Positions 1 through 9,077 of a stretch of DNA of 32,000 nucleotides are shown piece after piece. Both the position numbers and the translations under genes were made by a program. Below the pieces are notes generated by a model, which saw only the letters and a program-made list of their open reading frames with translations, made no database searches and was not told the DNA's origin. Position 1 is the stretch's first letter; each line of letters opens with the position of its first letter. This DNA is from Promethearchaeia archaeon. Its GTDB lineage: Archaea; Asgardarchaeota; Lokiarchaeia; Sigyniarchaeales; SOKP01. The stretch covers positions 5,569-37,568 of the forward strand of contig JAWOFX010000032.1 in NCBI GenBank assembly GCA_046497275.1, in the 5' to 3' direction.

Positions 1-1
1 A

Positions 2-1615
2 GAAGGAGCTCAAAACGTAGCCGAAGATGAAATAAAATCTGCTGTTGCCCGAGCTGCATTACTTGAGAAAATAGAAATAAAAGAAGTAGATATAGAAAAA
101 CGAGTATTAATTATTGGTGCTGGTGTCGCAGGATTAACCGCGGCTATAGATTTAGCAGAAGAGGGTTACGAAGTTCATTTAGTGGAAAAGAAACCTACTA
201 TTGGTGGTAAAATGGCACAATTAGACAGAACTTTTCCTACAGATGATTGTTCTATATGAATCTTGGGACCAGTAATGCTCGAAGCAGCGAGAACTAAAGG
301 CTTAAACATTCATACTTATAGTACGGTCGAAGAAGTTGATGGTTTTGTAGGGAATTTCAAAATAAAAATTAAAGAAAAAGCTAGATATACTACTGAGGAT
401 TGTAATGGGTGTGGAGCATGTGAAGAAATCTGCCCCGCGATAGGAGCTAATGAATTTGATGAAGGAATGAGTTCACGCTCAGCTATATATACTGCCTTTT
501 CTCAAGCAGTTCCGCTAGTCGCTCAAATTGATATGGATAGATGCATTAAATGTGGTTTATGTATAGAAGCATGTGAAGTTGATGCAATTGATTTTGATCA
601 AGAAGATAAAATTATAGAGTTAAAAGTGGGATCAATAATCGTTGCGACCGGATGGGATGAATATGAACCACCAGAGGGATACTTAGGTTATAAAAAATAT
701 CCTAATGTTATCACACAATTACAACTGGAGAGAATTTTAAATCCTAATGGTCCTACGGTAAGTCATCTTGTCCGTCCATCTGATGGAAAAGTGCCGAAGA
801 AAATATTATTTGTTCAATGTGTTGGATCAAGAGACTTAAACAAGAATACCTACTGTAGTTCTGGTGTTTGCTGTATGACAACTATTAAGAACTCAAAATT
901 AATTAAACAACATGATCCTGATACAGAAATAACTGTTGCATATATGGATATAAGAGCAGCGGGTAAAGATTATGAGGAGTATTTCACTGCGTCTAGAAGA
1001 GAGGGAATCAGATATATTCGAACTAATATTAGTAAAATCGAAGAAGACCCTGTAACTCATAATTTAAAAATTGTTATGCAAAATACTCTTCGAGATTCTT
1101 TGGGACTTCAAGAGATGGAATTTGATTTAGTAGTACTCTCTTGTGCTATGGAACCATCACAAGAAATTCAAAAAATAGAAAAAATGCTTAAATTAGAGAC
1201 AAGTCAAGATGGTTTCTTTAAAGAATTTCATTCTCGGTTGAATCCCATCGATACAAAAATACCTGGAATAGTACTTGCGGGCGCATGTCAAGGTCCAAAA
1301 GCAATCAATGAGGCTATCTCTCAAGGAAGAGGAGCCGCATCCTCAATAGCTAAATTAATGAGTCATGATAAATATGAAATCATGCTTATAAGAGCTCATG
1401 TGGACAAAGAAAAATGTGCTAAATGTGGTTTATGTGAATTAAACTGCGCTTATAATGCGATAAGCCTTTCCGATGATGGAGCCGTAGTGGACGAAATTTT
1501 ATGTAGAGGTTGTGGATCATGCCTTGCTAATTGTCCTTCCGAAGCGATAACTCTTAAATATTATAGAGAACCTCAATATGAGGAACAAATAGATGCAATA
1601 TTAGAAGAGACGTAA
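2..1615 (+). CDS. hdrA: Heterodisulfide reductase subunit A (HdrA-like), selenoprotein; 5'-partial, begins upstream of the window
   Basis: The frame is open from base 2 and reads ...[16 protein letters not shown] (FAD-binding GxGxxG)...[21 protein letters not shown](257-259)-ILGPVMLE. It continues in frame into the 263..1615 ORF, which has CxxCxxCxxxC ferredoxin motifs, CVGSRD and YCSSGVCC. The TGA lies at the Cys/Sec position of the HdrA DCSxC motif, which is Sec in Methanococcales HdrA. Confidence 0.95.
257..259 (+). other. In-frame UGA predicted to encode selenocysteine in HdrA
   Basis: GAT GAT TGT TCT ATA TGA ATC TTG GGA CCA; HdrA-like sequence continues on both sides in the same frame. 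Confidence 0.92.
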
Positions 1616-1619
1616 AGAG

Positions 1620-2093
1620 GTGGGTAAAATATCAGAAAATAATTTTAAGATTATTAGTTTTATGTGTTGGAAGTGAGGTTACGGTGCTGGAGATATGGCA
1701 GGAACTATGCGAGCACAATATCCCGCTACAGTGCGTCCAATCCGAATTAATTGTACGGGAAGGGTCACTCCAAGTTTAATGATGCGTGCAATAGGAAAAG
1801 GTGCGGATGGTATTATTGTAGCAGGATGATATGCTGGAGAGTGCGATTTCGAAATCGGTAATTTTATAGCGGAACGCAATGTTAATTATGTCAGAGAGAT
1901 CTTAAAAACGATGGGGGTTTCTCCAGAAAGAGTTCAAATGTTTAATTGCAGTGCCGCTGAAGGAAAGAAATTCCAAGAAGAGGTGTCTCGTATTTCAGAA
2001 GAAATAAAAAAAATAGGCAGCAGTCCTTTAAAAGAATCTAAAGATAATAAAGAAAGTGATTCAAAAAAAGGAAAAAAGAATAAAACCGAATAG
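1620..2093 (+). CDS. mvhD: Methyl-viologen-reducing hydrogenase delta subunit (MvhD/VhuD, 2Fe-2S), selenoprotein with two Sec; start codon uncertain (GTG 1620)
   Basis: Reads VGKISENNFKIISFMCWK-U(TGA 1674-1676)-GYGAGDMAGTMRAQYPATVRPIRINCTGRV...GADGIIVAG-U(TGA 1827-1829)-YAGECDFEIGN...PERVQMFNCSAAEG. This is the MvhD signature with both UGAs at the 2Fe-2S ligand positions that are Sec in methanococcal VhuD. It is missed by the ORF track apart from 1911..2093. Confidence 0.93.
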
Positions 2094-2152
2094 GATGATT
2101 CTTTCGAACAAATTTTAGTCTAAAGATGACGACCTCGCATGGGTTATTCGGT
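2085..2152 (+). promoter_or_regulatory. Eukaryote-like (Loki-type) SECIS element candidate
   Basis: Core AUGA (2095-2098) with GA (2128-2129). Upper stem TCTTT/AAAGA (2100-2104/2122-2126), extended by GA/TC after a C.U mismatch. AAA at 2110-2112, 11 nt after AUGA. Lower helix ACCGAATAG/TTATTCGGT (2085-2093/2144-2152). It lies directly 3' of two UGA-containing genes. Confidence 0.78.
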
Positions 2153-2237
2153 ATGGTTTCAATATTTTTACTTTTACATTTTTTATGATTATAAAAAAAT
2201 GGTATTTTGTTTTTTAACTGAAGCTTTTCTTAATTTG

Positions 2238-3065
2238 TTATTCATGGGGGAGAACATATACTAGTAGGATAATTAGTAATATTCCTGCTATGAAAATTAA
2301 AGCTTGAATGACAGACTTTTTAAAATTTTTCTGTTTTAAGATTTCAGGCATTAATTCAGCACTTGCGAGATATAAAAATCCACCTCCAGAAAATGCTAAG
2401 AAAAATAGGTTAAATGTTTCAAGAATCCCAGAGAGAAATAACGCAAATAAACCTCCTAGTAATGCCACCATAGCACTTAAAAAATTAAAAAATAGCGCAG
2501 TTCTTTTTGAAAATCCACCGTATAAAAGGATACCGAAATCTCCGACTTCTTGAGGCAGTTCATGGAATAAAACAGCTAAAGTTATAACTATTCCATTTCC
2601 AATACCAGTTAAGAACGCGACGATTATAATTACACCATCTAAGAAATTATGTAAACCATCACCAATAAGATTTAATAGAGCGAAATTTCTAATTTTAGGT
2701 CCTTTCTCCGTTCTCTCTAAACCTTCGGTAATCGTATCATAGCAAACATATTCATTTTCTTGTTGGTGAGCATGTCCATGAAACCAATAAATAAAACGCT
2801 CTACAACAAAAAAAACAACATATCCTAAAAGAATGAAACCAAAAACCCAATATTCAGAAAGAATTCCTCCTAACTCTTCAAGATGATGGATAGATTCGGG
2901 AATAAGATCAAATAATGCGGTTGCAAGAATGGTTCCAGTAGCAAAAGCTACTAAAATAAAAAGAATATTATCAAGAGTTTTTTCCCTGAAAGAAATCATA
3001 AATATCCCTACTAAGCTAAGACAACCAATTAAAAAAATCGCAATAAATCCATATAGTATTTCCAT
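2238..3065 (-). CDS. ZIP-family divalent metal (zinc/iron) transporter
   Basis: Multiple hydrophobic TM segments, GDGLHNFLDG and HELPQEVGD metal-site motifs, and an HGHAH His loop. Confidence 0.92.
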   Translation of the reverse strand: MEILYGFIAIFLIGCLSLVGIFMISFREKTLDNILFILVAFATGTILATALFDLIPESIHHLEELGGILSEYWVFGFILLGYVVFFVVERFIYWFHGHAHQQENEYVCYDTITEGLERTEKGPKIRNFALLNLIGDGLHNFLDGVIIIVAFLTGIGNGIVITLAVLFHELPQEVGDFGILLYGGFSKRTALFFNFLSAMVALLGGLFALFLSGILETFNLFFLAFSGGGFLYLASAELMPEILKQKNFKKSVIQALIFIAGILLIILLVYVLPHE

Positions 3066-3212
3066 TTTAATCAGAATTCAAAATTAGTATTTTTTTAGAT
3101 CAATTAAAAGATTATATATGAGTAGTTATAAAAGATTTTTAAAATTTTTATTCATAAAACAAAAATACTCAAAATTGTTTTAATTTTTATTTATGGGTTA
3201 ATTTAGAATATT

Positions 3213-4532
3213 ATGTTTAGCTTTGGAAAAGATCCAGATGAGAAGGCGGAAAAAGACTTTAAAAAAGCAGAACAATTATTTGATGCCCTACAATACAAAA
3301 AAGCCGGGAAATATTATACATCAGCTGCAGAGAACTATTATGAGATTAAGAATTTTGTTTCTGCAGAAGAAGCTTATTTTAAAGCCGCCAATTCTTATTT
3401 ACAAGAAGAAAGACATATAGAAGTATTAGAATCTTTAAGAAAAGCTGCAAACGCTTCACTCAATCAAGATAAATATGAATATGCCAGGACTTTATTCAAT
3501 AAAGCATTAGAATATTTGAAGAATTTAAAATCATCTGGGCAGAAAGATCAATATTATGTTGAACTTTCCTTTTTATCTTATTTATGTTATTTTGTTTTGG
3601 GAGAATCAGAGAAAGGATTACAATTATTAAAGAAAATCCAAAAAAGAGTAGAAGCTAATTATTTTAAGGAAAATTCTTTAATTCATCTTGCAACAAACTT
3701 AACCCTCGCTCTTCGGGACAAAAAAGAAATCTATACTGAGAAAGTAATTAATAATTTCAAGAAACTTAATCTTAATGAGACAGAACAAAAGTTTGCGAAG
3801 ATTTTAATTCTATTAGCTAGCATCCAAGTCAATATTATTCCTGATTTAATTTTTGATCAAGACACTTATACAACTCGTGAATTAATTGGAATTGATGTAA
3901 AAGTTGATGGAAGTTTCTTAGGGGAAATAAATTCAAACTCATTTTATGAATTTCAAATTTCTGAATTCCAAATCTCAGAATATAGCCTTGAACAATCAGA
4001 AAATTTAACAATTCAAACCAAACCAGACTTACCCATTTCTTTAAAACCAAATGAAGAGATAATATTTGAAATTGTGATGAAACCACATTTTCAGGTTGAA
4101 GATTGTTTTATAGGTCCTTTAAAATTGACTTGTATTATAAATGGAAAGTATAAATGTTTTATTGATAATCGAGCTAAGCATAATGTGAATCTTACTGCTC
4201 CTCCCACATATCTGGAAGTTTCAGTCGAAAATCTAAAACCTCCTCTAATTGATCAAACCTTTCCTCTTGAGATTCTAATAGAGAATAAAAGTGATGGTGA
4301 AGCATCCAATCTTAAAATAAATGTTGAATTGCCAGAAAGTTTAAAATTAAGGAGGGGAACTATTGAAAAGCAGATTTATTCTCTTCGATCAAATGAAAAT
4401 ATCCGTTGGGAAATTAATGCTAAACCTGTAGAAGCTGGAGATTTTGAGATTAAAGTTAATTTAACGTATGAGGATCCTGATCAACAAAAAATTGAAGAAA
4501 CTAAAAAATTTGATATCTCAATATTATTATAA
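3213..4532 (+). CDS. Hypothetical protein: N-terminal SNAP/TPR-like helical repeats plus C-terminal Ig-like beta-sandwich domains
   Basis: The N-terminus has an Ala/Tyr helical periodicity (KKAGKYYTSAAENY, SAEEAYFKAANSY, ESLRKAANAS). The C-terminus is beta-rich with a CARDB/TRAPP-Ig-like pattern (FPLEILIENKS...ASNLKINVELPESL...AGDFEIKVNLTYED). Confidence 0.6.
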   Translation: MFSFGKDPDEKAEKDFKKAEQLFDALQYKKAGKYYTSAAENYYEIKNFVSAEEAYFKAANSYLQEERHIEVLESLRKAANASLNQDKYEYARTLFNKALEYLKNLKSSGQKDQYYVELSFLSYLCYFVLGESEKGLQLLKKIQKRVEANYFKENSLIHLATNLTLALRDKKEIYTEKVINNFKKLNLNETEQKFAKILILLASIQVNIIPDLIFDQDTYTTRELIGIDVKVDGSFLGEINSNSFYEFQISEFQISEYSLEQSENLTIQTKPDLPISLKPNEEIIFEIVMKPHFQVEDCFIGPLKLTCIINGKYKCFIDNRAKHNVNLTAPPTYLEVSVENLKPPLIDQTFPLEILIENKSDGEASNLKINVELPESLKLRRGTIEKQIYSLRSNENIRWEINAKPVEAGDFEIKVNLTYEDPDQQKIEETKKFDISILL

Positions 4533-4548
4533 ATATTAAATATTCATT

Positions 4549-5853
4549 CTACAGATTTTCTTTTATTACTTTTTTAAAAATACGACCTGTAATTAGAGAT
4601 TCAGCTAAAGAAAAAGCTGCATTTTTTATTGAACGCTTTCTAATAAAGGAATCAAGAAATCTTCTAAAGGAGGATTTAAAATCATTTAAAGAGATAATTA
4701 AATCATAATAAATTTCAAGTAATTGATGTACATTAAGATTTTTTGGCTTAAAAGCTATTAAAGGGGGAGGTTCTTCAAGCCAGAAGGAATTATTAAATAA
4801 TCTCTCTTGGGAATATAGTTTTTCATATAGTCTTGTTCCAGGATAGGGAGTAAGCATTGTTATATTAGGAATATCAATCCCAGAATCGTGAATAAAATCT
4901 CGTAATTCATAAATTGATTTTTTAGTGTCAAAATCAGAGCCTATAATAAAAGAGCCCATAACATCTATTCCATAATCGTGAATTTTATCTATAATATTTT
5001 TATATGATTCCACTCCTCTTTTTAGATTTACATTTTTATTGAATGAAGCAAGTGCTTTTTTATTAATTGATTCAAAGCCTAAAAATAGAAATGTACATCC
5101 ACTTTCCTGAGCTAATCGTAATACTATGTCCTCATCTGCTATGTTTAATGATGCTTGCGCCATCCATGTTAGATCATAATCTTTAATCAACCGCAATAAA
5201 TCTATTATTCTTTTTGAGGAGGTTGTTCCCGCACCAATAAGATTATCATCTACGATGAATAAATTCTTCCTGTTCAATGATTCTAATTCTTTTTCTATGA
5301 AATCTAATGGCTTGAATCTAAACCTACCGCCATGAAATCTAGTGACTGAACAAAATTCACAGTTAAATGGACAACCTCTCAATGTTTCGATTGATTCTAA
5401 AAAATATCTCTTCTGGAGTAAATCTCTTCTTGGCAATTTTGAATATTCGAAATTAAAAAACCCAGATTTATACCATTTTTTTAATCTACGTGATTCAAAA
5501 TCTTTAAGTATTTGCTTCCAGACAAGTTCTCCATCTCCTATAACGACTGCTGTACAATATTTTATTGCTTCATTAGGTACAATAGTTGGATGATTACCTC
5601 CTAATATTACTGGAATATTTCTTTCAAGAAATTTTTTCGAAATTTCATAGGCTATTCTAGCTGTGTACGTATTGACGGTTATAGCAACAAGATCAGCATT
5701 ATAATTAATTTTTTCAAGATTATTATCAACTATTTCTATATCATAATTTTGGGGTATGTATGCAGCTATAGTGGTTAAACTAAGGGGCGGCAATAATCTT
5801 TTATTGTATCGTGGATTTGATGGATTTATTAATAAAATTTTTTTTTTAACCAT
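4549..5853 (-). CDS. B12-binding-domain radical SAM protein
   Basis: N-terminal cobalamin-binding-type segment (PPLSLTTIAAY, VILGGNHPT) and CxxxCxxC in RGCPFNCEFC, followed by FIVDDNL, LGFES and PYPGT. Confidence 0.9.
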   Translation of the reverse strand: MVKKKILLINPSNPRYNKRLLPPLSLTTIAAYIPQNYDIEIVDNNLEKINYNADLVAITVNTYTARIAYEISKKFLERNIPVILGGNHPTIVPNEAIKYCTAVVIGDGELVWKQILKDFESRRLKKWYKSGFFNFEYSKLPRRDLLQKRYFLESIETLRGCPFNCEFCSVTRFHGGRFRFKPLDFIEKELESLNRKNLFIVDDNLIGAGTTSSKRIIDLLRLIKDYDLTWMAQASLNIADEDIVLRLAQESGCTFLFLGFESINKKALASFNKNVNLKRGVESYKNIIDKIHDYGIDVMGSFIIGSDFDTKKSIYELRDFIHDSGIDIPNITMLTPYPGTRLYEKLYSQERLFNNSFWLEEPPPLIAFKPKNLNVHQLLEIYYDLIISLNDFKSSFRRFLDSFIRKRSIKNAAFSLAESLITGRIFKKVIKENL

Positions 5854-6040
5854 TTTACTATGGTGAAAAAATATATTGAATTTTTAACTTACAAATAGAT
5901 TATTTATTATTAATTTATTATGTTTTGAAAATTAAATCTTCTCTGAGATAAATTAAGTTTAAATAATTTATTCCTCTGTCAATAAAATTATAAGTTTGTG
6001 TTGTTTTTATTCAAAATAATAAGGAATTTTACTATTAAAA

Positions 6041-7610
6041 ATGAGATTAAAAGTAAAGAAAATAAATTTTGAAACAGGTAATACAAAAGATATCGTTTTA
6101 AATCATAGAGATGCTGCCAAATTGGGCCAGAAAGCAGGAGAAAGAGTGAAAATCACTAATATGGCTAGCGACAAATTAAATGATAGATATTGGATTGCGA
6201 TTATTCAAATTGCACATTCAGACTCAATATTATCTAGTGGAGAAATTGGAATTTTTGTTAATACATTAAGAGATCATGAAGAATTAAAGGAAAATAATGA
6301 AGTTTCTGTAAAACCAGCAGAATCGCCGGATTCCTACAAGTTTATAAAAAAGAAAATAAATAGAGAGAAATTGAGTGGAGATGAAATAAATAGAATAATT
6401 AAGGATGCCGTTTCAGGGAGTCTGTCCAAGATAGAACTCTCTTCATTTATTACAGGTATTCATATTAATGGGATGGATAACGAGGAAATGACCGCTTTAA
6501 CTCTAGCAGAATCAGAGAGTGGAGAGAAATTTAACTTTGGACCGGAAGTCTTTGATAAACATAGTACATAAGTTTACAGAATTGTAAACTTAGCTAAAAG
6601 GTGGAGTTCCGGGCAACAAAGTTTCTCTGATAATTGTTCCCATTGTGGCTGCGGCAGGATTAACAATTCCAAAAACCAGTACAAGGGCAATTACTTCTCC
6701 TTCTGGAACTGCAGATTCAATGGAAGTACTAGCACCAGTGACTTTTACTTCAGAGGAAGTTGAAGAAATAATCTCTAACTTGAAAGCCTGTATAATTTGG
6801 GGAGGCAGTCTTGACATTGCTCCCGCAGACAGTGTTTTAATAGAAGTTGAACGTCCATTACATTTTGATCCGATTGGGTTGATGATACCATCTATTTTGG
6901 CAAAAAAACTCTCGATGGGTGTTAAAAAAATAGTATTAGATGTACCTGTCGGGGAAGGAACGAAATTTAAAACTCCTATGGATGGAAAAAAATTCGCTCA
7001 TCTTTTTAAGCAGATAGCAGATAATGTAGGGGTGGTTGCTGATTGTGCTCTCACTTTAGCTCATCAACCGATTGGTCATTGTATCGGCCCTGCTATAGAG
7101 GCCCAAGAAGCTTTAACATTGTTGCGTGATTATGCCGCGGGACCAAATTCTCTAATTGAGAAATCAACGTCTCTAGCGGGAATAATCTTAGAAATGGGAG
7201 GAAAGGCGAAGCCTGATGAGGGGCAATTAATGGCTAAAGAAATATTAAGATCAGGAAAAGCTTATAAAAAGATGAAAGAAATTATTGAAATACAAGGTGG
7301 TAATCCAGAAATTACTCCCGAAGAGATAAAATTAGGACCGCATAAAAAAGAGTTTTATTCAAACAAATCAGGGCATATTACAGAAGTTGATAATTCGATA
7401 ATAAATCAAATTGCGAAGGCAGCTGGATGTCCTTATTCTAAAACCTCAGGAGTTCAGATTTATAAAAAGCAAGGTGCTATGGTAAAGGAAGGAGATAAAA
7501 TATTTACAATTTATTCCAGTAGTAATACTAAACTAAAACGTGCAGAAAAAATCTATAATAGAACTGGTGGACCTATCATTCTTGGAGGAATGCTTATTGA
7601 AAGAATATAA
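6041..7610 (+). CDS. deoA: AMP phosphorylase (thymidine phosphorylase family, archaeal type) encoded in two parts: join(6041..6567,6599..7610), 512 aa if the 31-nt insertion is removed
   Basis: Part 1 ends ...KIELSSFIT...EEMTALTLA...VFDKHST. Part 2, in another frame, resumes GGVPGNKVSLIIVPIVAAAGLTIPKTSTRAITSPSGTAD...APADSVLIEVERPL...SILAKKL...DVPVGEG. The joined DKHSTGGVPGNK is the family's conserved motif. Confidence 0.93.
6568..6598 (+). other. Candidate 31-nt bulge-helix-bulge-type mRNA intron
   Basis: Perfect 10-bp stem TAAGTTTACA-GAAT-TGTAAACTTA (6569-6592), 4-bp central helix TAGT/GCTA (6562-6565/6593-6596), and 3-nt bulges ACA (6566-6568) and AAA (6597-6599). Cutting after the second nt of each bulge gives AGT ACA GGT GGA (S-T-G-G) in frame. 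Confidence 0.82.
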
Positions 7611-7780
7611 TCCAAATAATTCTTAATTTTTTAGTCTTTTTATTGTTCTTTCTGAAAATTAAATCCTTGAAAAAAAAAAAAAATCCTACATTTAATAAGA
7701 ACAAATTTTAATATTTTCAAATTATTGCTCTTATTTGTATTAATAATCATTAATCATTAATATTTTATACTTCAAAACCC

Positions 7781-9010
7781 ATGGATAATAAACCTTTTTC
7801 GCTATTAGTCAAGCCCGCTGGAGCTGATTGTAATTTACGCTGTGAATATTGTTTCTATATTGATCATTTGGAGAAGCAAGACTCCAACCCAAGAATGTCA
7901 GATAAAACTTTAGAACGGATGATATCAAGTTACATGAAAACTGAACAGAATCGAAATTATGCATTTGGTTGGCAAGGGGGAGAGCCAACTCTAATGGGTT
8001 TAGAATTTTTTAAAAAAGTTGTTAGATATCAGCAAGAATATGGAAAAACAGGAGATTTAGTAAGTAATGGTCTACAAACTAACGGAACTCTTATTACCGA
8101 CGAATGGGCAAGATTTCTTGCCCAATATAAGTTTCTGATTGGTGTAAGTCTCGATGGTCCTCCAGAACTCCATAATAGTTATCGAAAAACTATAGGTAAT
8201 CAAAATTCTCATTCTCTTGTGATGAAAGGCATTGATAATTTGAGAAAATATGATGTGCAGTATAATATTTTAATACTTGTGAATAATAAAACTGTCTCCC
8301 AACCAGAAAGAATTTATGATTATATGAAAAAAAATAGATTTTATTTCCATCAATATATACCATGCATCGAATTTGGTGAAGATAGTAAACTTCTTCCTTT
8401 TTCGATAAATGGAGAACAATGGGGAGACTTTCTATGCAAAATCTTTGATTTATGGATTCAAAATGATATATATCGAGTCTCTATTAGATTATTTGATTCA
8501 ATCTTAGAATACTTAGTATATGGAAATACTCATGTTTGTTTTATGAATAATAATTGTTGTCAATATTTTGTTGTTGAACATGACGGAAGTGTATATCCAT
8601 GTGATTTTTTTGTTAGAGATGATCTACTCTTAGGAAATATTAATACTGATTCTTGGAATCATTTTTTGGAATCTCAAAAATATAAGAAATTTGGAGCAAA
8701 CAAATCCACATTAAATGAAGAATGCAAAAGATGTCCATTTTTAAACATTTGTTATGGAGATTGTCAAAAAAACCGTCCAGGTGATACAAAATCCCCAAAA
8801 TCATTAAGCATCTTATGTAAAGGTTGGATGAAATTCTATTCTCATTCTTTACCATATTTTGCAAAGCTCGCAAATAGAATTCGTATAGAACGAAATCTTC
8901 CAAAAAAAGATATGAAAGTACCAACTAAATTTGGAAGAAATGATCCATGCCCATGTGGAAGTGGAAAAAAATATAAAAATTGTTGTGGATTGAAAATGAA
9001 AGATCTATGA
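7781..9010 (+). CDS. Anaerobic sulfatase-maturase-like radical SAM/SPASM protein with C-terminal SEC-C motif
   Basis: [28 protein letters not shown], the SPASM segment DGSVYPCDF...[12 protein letters not shown], and terminal [19 protein letters not shown]. Confidence 0.9.
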   Translation: MDNKPFSLLVKPAGADCNLRCEYCFYIDHLEKQDSNPRMSDKTLERMISSYMKTEQNRNYAFGWQGGEPTLMGLEFFKKVVRYQQEYGKTGDLVSNGLQTNGTLITDEWARFLAQYKFLIGVSLDGPPELHNSYRKTIGNQNSHSLVMKGIDNLRKYDVQYNILILVNNKTVSQPERIYDYMKKNRFYFHQYIPCIEFGEDSKLLPFSINGEQWGDFLCKIFDLWIQNDIYRVSIRLFDSILEYLVYGNTHVCFMNNNCCQYFVVEHDGSVYPCDFFVRDDLLLGNINTDSWNHFLESQKYKKFGANKSTLNEECKRCPFLNICYGDCQKNRPGDTKSPKSLSILCKGWMKFYSHSLPYFAKLANRIRIERNLPKKDMKVPTKFGRNDPCPCGSGKKYKNCCGLKMKDL

Positions 9011-9077
9011 AAATTAGAAAAAGAAATGATATTATAAAAAAATTTAATTCTATGTTTATACAAGATATCCATAAATT

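Noticed and set aside
257-1829. hdrA and mvhD as nonsense-mutated pseudogenes
   Set aside because: All three stops are UGA, all lie at known Cys/Sec ligand positions, and a SECIS-like element follows.
6569-6592. MITE or IS footprint
   Set aside because: The inverted repeat is a compact internal hairpin rather than terminal repeats, and no target-site duplication beyond one ambiguous A is visible.
6566-6599. T4 gene 60-like ribosomal bypassing (take-off codon, then a stop in a hairpin)
   Set aside because: The take-off codon ACA does not match the required landing codon AAA (6597-6599), whereas BHB geometry explains the boundaries exactly. Kept only as a minor alternative.
6041-7610. AMP phosphorylase as a frameshifted pseudogene, or as two separate genes as in the ORF track
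   Set aside because: Both halves keep the conserved motifs with no other lesion seen, and the single insertion has a precise splice-compatible structure. A pseudogene is not excluded without RNA data but is less parsimonious.
7661-7687. A14 run (7670-7683) flanked by AAATCCT direct repeats, superficially like a retro-insertion scar
   Set aside because: Too short and low-complexity in an AT-rich intergenic region, and the second repeat overlaps the A run. Chance or homopolymer slippage explains it.
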